This document shows, piece by piece, positions 17,779 through 22,885 of a stretch of 22,885 nucleotides of DNA. The stretch covers positions 1 through 22,885 of the forward strand of contig JBIKWQ010000057.1 of NCBI GenBank assembly GCA_044356215.1. Direction: 5' to 3'. The stretch's first letter is position 1. Each line of letters opens with the position of its first letter. Below the pieces are notes generated by a model that made no database searches, had not been told where the DNA came from, and was given only the letters and a program-made list of their open reading frames with translations. A program made the position numbers and the translations under genes. The DNA comes from Bdellovibrionota bacterium. Lineage in GTDB: Bacteria > Bdellovibrionota_C > UBA2361 > OMII01.

Positions 17779-19461
17779 TTATGCCCCTCCTGTGGATTCG
17801 TGGAGTCTTCCAGACCGGATCTCTAAACGTCTTGAGAAATGTCTCCACACACTTCTGTCATGGGTCAGTACGATCAATGTAAAAGGCGACTTGGGTCCTG
17901 TGAGCTGCTCTAACAGTGGCGCTATCTTGTTTTCATCAACTCCATCGAGAGACCCATCAATAATCATCAAGCGCGGAGACATCAAGATTCCTCGAGCGAT
18001 CATCAAGCGTTCAGCCTGTCCCCTGGAGAGAACTCCAGATGGACCTTTTAAAACCGCCCTTAGTCCGTTCGAGAGACCAAAAACTTCGTCTAATAACCCC
18101 ACCGTCTCAAGCGCTTCCCTTATCTTCCCATAAGGGACCGACTCTCGTGATGTAAGAGTCAAATTCTCTTCTATAGTTCCGTGAAAGATATCAGTACCTC
18201 TTACTAGAGCTACCTCGCTTCTAAGCTCAAGTGGATGAATTTCACGGACATCGTGTCCGTCGATCTCGATTCGCCCACTCTTATGCTGAGCTAGCCTGTA
18301 TATACAATCAGCAAGCGTGCTCTTCCCAGAAGCGTTTTCTCCCCAGATAACTAACTTCTCTCCCGCCGCGACGTTAAGTGATACATCTGTGAAAAGCGGG
18401 GTCGCGGCTGAGTCATGCTGAACCGTAAGACTTATTATATCTAAGGCCGCTGGCTCCTGTCCCGGTTTAAAGAAAGACCCTGTAAACTTCTCATAAGGTA
18501 GATCAAACAACGCGTCTATCTTGGCGACTGAAGCGCAGAGCTCATAAAGCTTTTCTAGGTAGCTACCAAGTTTAGCGACTCCACCGAGAACGACGCTCAC
18601 TATAAGCTCCGCGGCAACTAGTTGACCAAGTGTTAGCTGACCTTGAATAACAAGCCATCCACCCAACCCCAGTAGTAGTGTGCTAGCGATAACTTGCAAA
18701 CCTATCGCTGACACGATCTGTCGTAGCAGGACGTGGAAATGTCTTGATCTCCACAAAAGGTAATCGTTTACGAGCGCGTCAGCGCGCTCTATGGCGAAAC
18801 TATCGCCACGATTAGACTTAAACGCGATCGGCAATCTAGCCAGGTCCTGAAGCCAGGTCATCACTTCGTATTTGGCATCTGATGCTCTAATACCTGTGCG
18901 AATTCCTCCGAGGCCAAGTGGCAGGACGAGCACCAACATCACAATAGTCAGGATAATCGCGAATGCTAAAAAGAACGGGTGGTAGAAAGAGACCAATACC
19001 AGACCTACGGCTACTTGGAAAAACACCGCCATACCATCTAGTAACAGAGTAGATACTATCTTTTGAGCCGAGAAAACCTCCATAAAGCGCAGAACGTACT
19101 CTGGCCCGAATTTCCTCTGGAAGAGCTGGAACTCGACATGCGGAATCCTCTGGGCGAGCATGAGAGATAACCTAACAACCAGCCTGCGCTGGAGAACCTC
19201 TACGACATATAGCTGTAGTATTCGCAGAATACCGGAGAGCAGGAGCACGCCCCCCACCAGAGAGGTGATTACGACAAGAGGCTGCAAAACAACCCCGAAA
19301 GCGACTGAGTTAACCAGCGCTTGAACGCCAACCGGAATCGCTAGCGAACACAACCCAACTCCAAGCGCATATATGAAAATAACAGCGATATCGCGGCCTT
19401 CTCCGCGAAGAAGCCGAAATATCCTGAGTACTAGCTGTAGGTCGCTCCTGGTCGTTGCCAT
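17779..19461 (-). CDS. Type I secretion-like ABC transporter (TMD+NBD, no C39 domain) with non-canonical ATPase motifs
   Basis: TMD with GQLTLGQLVAAELIV; Walker A GENASGKST; signature LSRGQ; Walker B LMIIDG; H-loop LTHD. Confidence 0.9.
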   Translation of the reverse strand: MATTRSDLQLVLRIFRLLRGEGRDIAVIFIYALGVGLCSLAIPVGVQALVNSVAFGVVLQPLVVITSLVGGVLLLSGILRILQLYVVEVLQRRLVVRLSLMLAQRIPHVEFQLFQRKFGPEYVLRFMEVFSAQKIVSTLLLDGMAVFFQVAVGLVLVSFYHPFFLAFAIILTIVMLVLVLPLGLGGIRTGIRASDAKYEVMTWLQDLARLPIAFKSNRGDSFAIERADALVNDYLLWRSRHFHVLLRQIVSAIGLQVIASTLLLGLGGWLVIQGQLTLGQLVAAELIVSVVLGGVAKLGSYLEKLYELCASVAKIDALFDLPYEKFTGSFFKPGQEPAALDIISLTVQHDSAATPLFTDVSLNVAAGEKLVIWGENASGKSTLADCIYRLAQHKSGRIEIDGHDVREIHPLELRSEVALVRGTDIFHGTIEENLTLTSRESVPYGKIREALETVGLLDEVFGLSNGLRAVLKGPSGVLSRGQAERLMIARGILMSPRLMIIDGSLDGVDENKIAPLLEQLTGPKSPFTLIVLTHDRSVWRHFSRRLEIRSGRLHESTGGA

Positions 19462-19710
19462 TTAAAAATCGCCTGATGAAAGGTCGCCTTATATGCTCTG
19501 TTCGTCAATCCGCAAATATCGTCAAGTGTCGCATTAACCCCATTCGAGCGCAAGAATGTCGCCTAGATCCCACACAACTAGCCTTGTTAGAGAACTCTGT
19601 GCTATCGTTGTAGAAAAAAGGTTAAACACCGCCGACCACCGCTCAGGCCAAGAAGAAGGGGCCAGACACTAACGCAAAGAGAACAACGTCGGCTCAACAA
19701 TAAAGAAGTT

Positions 19711-20880
19711 ATGACTGCAAATGAAGTCGCGCTGGCCGACTCTAAAACCAGCACCGAGACAGTTTCTGATTTTTCAATCCTAAAACATCAAGAGATTCTA
19801 CAGGGACTAGCGTCGATGGGGATTGCTTCTCCGACTCCTGTGCAAGCGAGATCTCTGCCGAGCATCTTAGATGGTGGTGACCATATCATCGAAGCGCAAA
19901 CAGGGAGTGGTAAAACCCTCGCTTTCGTACTGCCGATCTTGGCGAAGCTCTTAGACTCGATGCCCTATCACGGCAACTTTGCTCTGATAGTTACGCCAAC
20001 CAGAGAATTAGCAATCCAAGTTAATTCAATAGTGAGCAAACTTGTGCCTGAACTTTATCCAGCCTGCATTATAGGTGGAGAGAAGCAGGAGAATCAGATA
20101 AAGCAATTACGCCGTGATTCAAGGATCATCGTTGGAACTCCCGGAAGAATACTAGATCTAATCGGACAGAGAGAGATCCTTCTACGAAGGTGTAAGATGT
20201 TCGTACTAGATGAAGCTGACGAGATGCTTTCAATGGGGTTCATCGATGAAGTGCGCAAGATTCTTTCGAAGCTCCCAAAAGATCGACAGGGGCTCTTTTT
20301 CAGCGCAACCATTACCCCACGCGTATTATCATTAGCTAGTTCATTCTTGGTAAGCCCAAAGCGAATTGAGATAACTAGGCAAGTAGAGGCAGCACCTAAA
20401 ATTGAGCACCTATTTTGTCGTGTTGATGGCTCTCTTACCGCGAAGGCAGAAGCTTTAGCGAGATACCTGAAGCGAAGCGACCCTCGCTCCGCGATAGTTT
20501 TCTGCAATACTAAATCCGATACCGAGCTGGTTGAGATATTACTACGCAAGAGAGGCTTTGATCCCAAAAGACTAAACTCGGATCTCTCACAGAAAGAACG
20601 CGACAGAACTATGACTAGCTTTAGATCGGGAGACTTAAAGATCCTTGTAGCTACAGATGTAGCAGCTAGAGGTATTGATGTATCGGACGTCGAGCTAGTG
20701 GTCAATTACTCCTTGCATGAGACGCCTGAAACATACGTTCACCGCACCGGTAGAACCGGCCGCGCGGGCAAGTCAGGAACAGCTCTGTCATTAGTTGGGC
20801 CGCAGGACTTCACAGTCTTTCACTCACTCTCGCGCAAATTACCGTGCTCGCTATCAGAGATAGCGATAGCCGCTGAGTAA
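19711..20880 (+). CDS. DEAD-box RNA helicase (core only, no C-terminal extension)
   Basis: Q-motif PTPVQ, AQTGSGKT, PTRELA, GTPGR, LDEADEML, FSAT, ATDVAARGID, YVHRTGRTGRAG. Confidence 0.96.
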   Translation: MTANEVALADSKTSTETVSDFSILKHQEILQGLASMGIASPTPVQARSLPSILDGGDHIIEAQTGSGKTLAFVLPILAKLLDSMPYHGNFALIVTPTRELAIQVNSIVSKLVPELYPACIIGGEKQENQIKQLRRDSRIIVGTPGRILDLIGQREILLRRCKMFVLDEADEMLSMGFIDEVRKILSKLPKDRQGLFFSATITPRVLSLASSFLVSPKRIEITRQVEAAPKIEHLFCRVDGSLTAKAEALARYLKRSDPRSAIVFCNTKSDTELVEILLRKRGFDPKRLNSDLSQKERDRTMTSFRSGDLKILVATDVAARGIDVSDVELVVNYSLHETPETYVHRTGRTGRAGKSGTALSLVGPQDFTVFHSLSRKLPCSLSEIAIAAE

Positions 20881-20894
20881 GCCAGAGAGCAGCT

Positions 20895-21461
20895 ATGCTC
20901 AACTGCCAAGGGGCCAATGAACTCGCAGTCCGTTATTGCGAACTCACATTTTGCTGGGCCAGGATAGTGACTAACAACCAAGGGATTGTTGCCCTGGATT
21001 TGGCTAGTTTGAGAGAATCGCTACCCGTCGATAATTCATGTCCAGTACAACATGAGTCCGCTGACCAGTGTAAAGGAAGCGCGCACCGCTTAGCAGAGAT
21101 CGTAGCCAGCCACCTAATCGTTAATTCCAATCTGGCAGACCTTCCGATTTATCCTATAGGCACCCCTTTCCAGCAGCTTGTGTGGCAATACCTAAGGACG
21201 ATTCCGTACGGCACAACGGTTTCATACGGCGAAGTCGCGCGTGCGATTGGAACCCCCAAGGCTGTAAGAGCGGTCGCTAATGCTTGCGCACGTAACACGA
21301 TCGCCCTGGCGATCCCGTGTCATAGAGTGGTAAGAAAAGACGGCGATCATGGTGGATTTCGCTGGGGTAGCGAACTAAAGCGTGAGATTTTACGGCGTGA
21401 GCGCTCGGCACAAATAGGGAAAGAGCGCGAAATAGGAGATCAAGATGAGCGACTTAGCTGA
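20895..21461 (+). CDS. ogt: Methylated-DNA--protein-cysteine methyltransferase (O6-alkylguanine repair)
   Basis: GTPFQQLVW, IPYGTTVSYGEVA, AVRAVANAC, active site IPCHRVV, GGFRWG. Confidence 0.93.
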   Translation: MLNCQGANELAVRYCELTFCWARIVTNNQGIVALDLASLRESLPVDNSCPVQHESADQCKGSAHRLAEIVASHLIVNSNLADLPIYPIGTPFQQLVWQYLRTIPYGTTVSYGEVARAIGTPKAVRAVANACARNTIALAIPCHRVVRKDGDHGGFRWGSELKREILRRERSAQIGKEREIGDQDERLS

Positions 21462-21774
21462 TTTACAAAAACGGATCCTTGAATTTAGAGATGCCCGCGA
21501 ATGGGGGCAGTATCACAACGCCAAAGATCTAGCGGCATGCCTATCTGTCGAGGCCGCGGAGCTCTTAGAGTTGTTTCTCTGGAAGAAGCCGGAAGAGGCA
21601 CCTAGCGATAAGATAGCTGACGAACTATCTGATGTTCTCTACTGTGTTCTGCTCATCGCTAAGGAGTGTCAGATCGATATTTACCAAGCGGCGCTCAATA
21701 AATTAGCCAAAAACGGAGAGAAATACCCAGTGGAAAAAAGCAAAGGAAGCAACAAGAAGTATTCGGAGCTTTAA
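21445..21774 (+). CDS. MazG-like nucleotide pyrophosphohydrolase (dCTP pyrophosphatase 1/RS21-C6-like)
   Basis: FRDAREWGQYHNAKDLA..LSVEAAELLELFLW, DELSDVL, KLAKNGEKYPVEKSKG. GGAG SD; overlaps the ogt 3' end by 17 bp. Confidence 0.92.
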   Translation: MSDLADLQKRILEFRDAREWGQYHNAKDLAACLSVEAAELLELFLWKKPEEAPSDKIADELSDVLYCVLLIAKECQIDIYQAALNKLAKNGEKYPVEKSKGSNKKYSEL

Positions 21775-21782
21775 TCCCTAGG

Positions 21783-22655
21783 CTAATAATTCGTGATAAT
21801 AAACTCCCCGACTGGCCCCCTGTCGGCGGCTTTGGCATTTATAGCGCGAGTCGCGCTTACCACTTTAATATTAAATCCCTGGTAAAGCCCCTCAACAAAT
21901 GGGCTGTCTGAGTTCGACAACATTACATAAGCGCCCTTTGAGGCCAGCCTTGAAAAGAGATCTCGAAGAGCAATCTGATCCGAGAAGCCAAACCCGTCCT
22001 TTGTATAACTGGTAAATGAGGAAGTTTCGCTGACGGGTACATACGGCGGATCGAAATAAACCAGGTCCTCCGGCTCAACCTGCTGCTCTATAGAAAGATA
22101 GCTTTGAACCTCAATTCGCGCCCCAGACAACGCGTGACTACATGCTCTCAAGTTTAACTCATCAGCTATATTCGGATTAGAGTATCTCCCGAATGGAACG
22201 TTGAAGTGGCCTTTAGAGTTTACTCTGTGTAGTCCGTTGAAGCAGGTTTTATTTAGAAAGATAAAGCGAGCTGCCCTTTTAATCGGTGACAGCTGAGAAT
22301 AGTCCGGATGACGGTCCCAATCGCGAACTGAATAGAAATGAGCCTCCTCGTAAACGTGCTTCTTTAGCTCGGCGATTAATTCGTCTACAGAGTCACGAAC
22401 AACAGTGTAAGTATTAACAAGCTCGCTATTAATGTCTGAAAGAAAGGCTTGCTTAGGTTGAATTGAGAAAAAAAGAGCCCCACCCCCCAAAAAAGGCTCC
22501 CAATAGCGATTAAATCTAGCCGGAAGCGCCGTGGTAAGATCGTCAATCAGTTGCTTCTTTCCTCCCGCCCATTTGACAAATGGACGCGGAGAAATAGCAT
22601 TCCCCGTTCCGCAAGCAGATTCATCAAAATTTTCGGGGGACGAACTATCGGCCAT
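21783..22655 (-). CDS. dam: Dam-family (D12 class) N6-adenine DNA methyltransferase, no restriction partner in window
   Basis: PFVKWAGGK, EPFLGGGA, FLNKTCFNGLHRVNSKGHFNVPFG, VYFDPPY, FTSYT, MLSNS. GATC specificity is inferred from family membership only. Confidence 0.9.
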   Translation of the reverse strand: MADSSSPENFDESACGTGNAISPRPFVKWAGGKKQLIDDLTTALPARFNRYWEPFLGGGALFFSIQPKQAFLSDINSELVNTYTVVRDSVDELIAELKKHVYEEAHFYSVRDWDRHPDYSQLSPIKRAARFIFLNKTCFNGLHRVNSKGHFNVPFGRYSNPNIADELNLRACSHALSGARIEVQSYLSIEQQVEPEDLVYFDPPYVPVSETSSFTSYTKDGFGFSDQIALRDLFSRLASKGAYVMLSNSDSPFVEGLYQGFNIKVVSATRAINAKAADRGPVGEFIITNY

Positions 22656-22664
22656 ATCACCGAG

Positions 22665-22694
22665 ACTCTACGTAAAAAAAAAGGGCCGCGTCAA
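22665..22694 (-). promoter_or_regulatory. Candidate sigma70 promoter of dam overlapping the terminator 3' arm
   Basis: Minus strand: TTGACG (22694-22689), 18-bp spacer containing T9, TAGAGT (22670-22665), then 9 nt to the ATG. Confidence 0.35.
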
Positions 22695-22883
22695 GTTAGA
22701 GCGTCGCAGTGTTTTTGGTAAGCTGCTGGGGTAATTAGTGAAATATCTTACCACAGAGGACGCAGAGGACACAGAGAAAACTCCATAAATGCTAATAAAA
22801 TGGCCTATTCTCTGTGTCCTCTGCGTCCTCGGTGGTGATAAAGAACTGCAACGCCCTAGCGTCAAGTTATGACGGCAGCCCTT
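22674..22883 (-). terminator. Rho-independent terminator interrupted by MITE copy 2
   Basis: Removing the element and one TSD copy gives, on the minus strand, AAGGGCTGCCGTCA-TAACT-TGACGCGGCCC-T9: a 13-bp stem (one G-U, one bulge), 5-nt loop and U-tract. Confidence 0.72.
22697..22858. mobile_element. MITE-like non-autonomous element, copy 2 (162 bp, inverted relative to copy 1)
   Basis: TIRs TAGAGCGTCGCAGT / ACTGCAACGCCCTA (12/14). Direct repeat GCGTCAAGT at 22688-22696 and 22859-22867. Internal inverted repeat 22750-22778 / 22808-22836 (28/29). Confidence 0.85.
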
Positions 22884-22885
22884 CT

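Noticed and set aside
20094..20705. 203-aa antisense ORF, and similar ones such as 6396-6920, 3710-4123 and 16730-17107
   Set aside because: Antisense shadows of well-supported genes, with no recognisable motifs.
21783..22655. Complete type II restriction-modification system
   Set aside because: No endonuclease gene is adjacent within the window; sequence beyond the right edge is unseen.
13983..22858. Composite transposon formed by the two inverted MITE copies carrying ~8.5 kb (MTase, exporter, helicase, ogt, dam)
   Set aside because: Copy 2 has its own TSD on both sides, indicating independent insertion, and the outer flanks of the pair do not match. The pair could still serve as an inversion substrate.
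22668..22865. 65-aa ORF (...PRTQRTQR...SVSSASSVV...)
   Set aside because: Translation of the 9-nt periodic MITE hairpin; no evidence it is a protein.

Overview
Chromosomal segment of a Gram-negative bacterium (TolC-type channel, lipoprotein); I cannot assign taxonomy. Gene order: 5' part of sdhA (runs off the left edge, missing from the ORF track), sdhC, a secreted putative glycoside hydrolase, a GH13 alpha-amylase-family enzyme, hrpB, a CNNM/CorC protein, a MarR regulator, a lipoprotein resembling an inactive alpha/beta-hydrolase, DUF4286, argS, a SAM methyltransferase, an ABC-MFP-TolC export operon, a DEAD-box helicase, ogt, a MazG-like pyrophosphatase and a Dam-family methylase with no restriction partner in the window. 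The most interesting signal is non-coding. A ~163-bp MITE-like element with 14-bp terminal inverted repeats and an internal 29-bp hairpin of 9-nt periodic units occurs twice, inverted (13983-14146, 22697-22858). The right copy has a 9-bp target-site duplication and splits a reconstructable Rho-independent terminator just upstream of dam. A related, more degenerate REP/BIME-like hairpin family flanks the methyltransferase gene on both sides. Three proteins (CorC membrane domain, hydrolase-like lipoprotein, ABC ATPase) appear to lack key functional residues. No rRNA, tRNA, CRISPR array or transposase was seen. All alignments and counts were done by eye.
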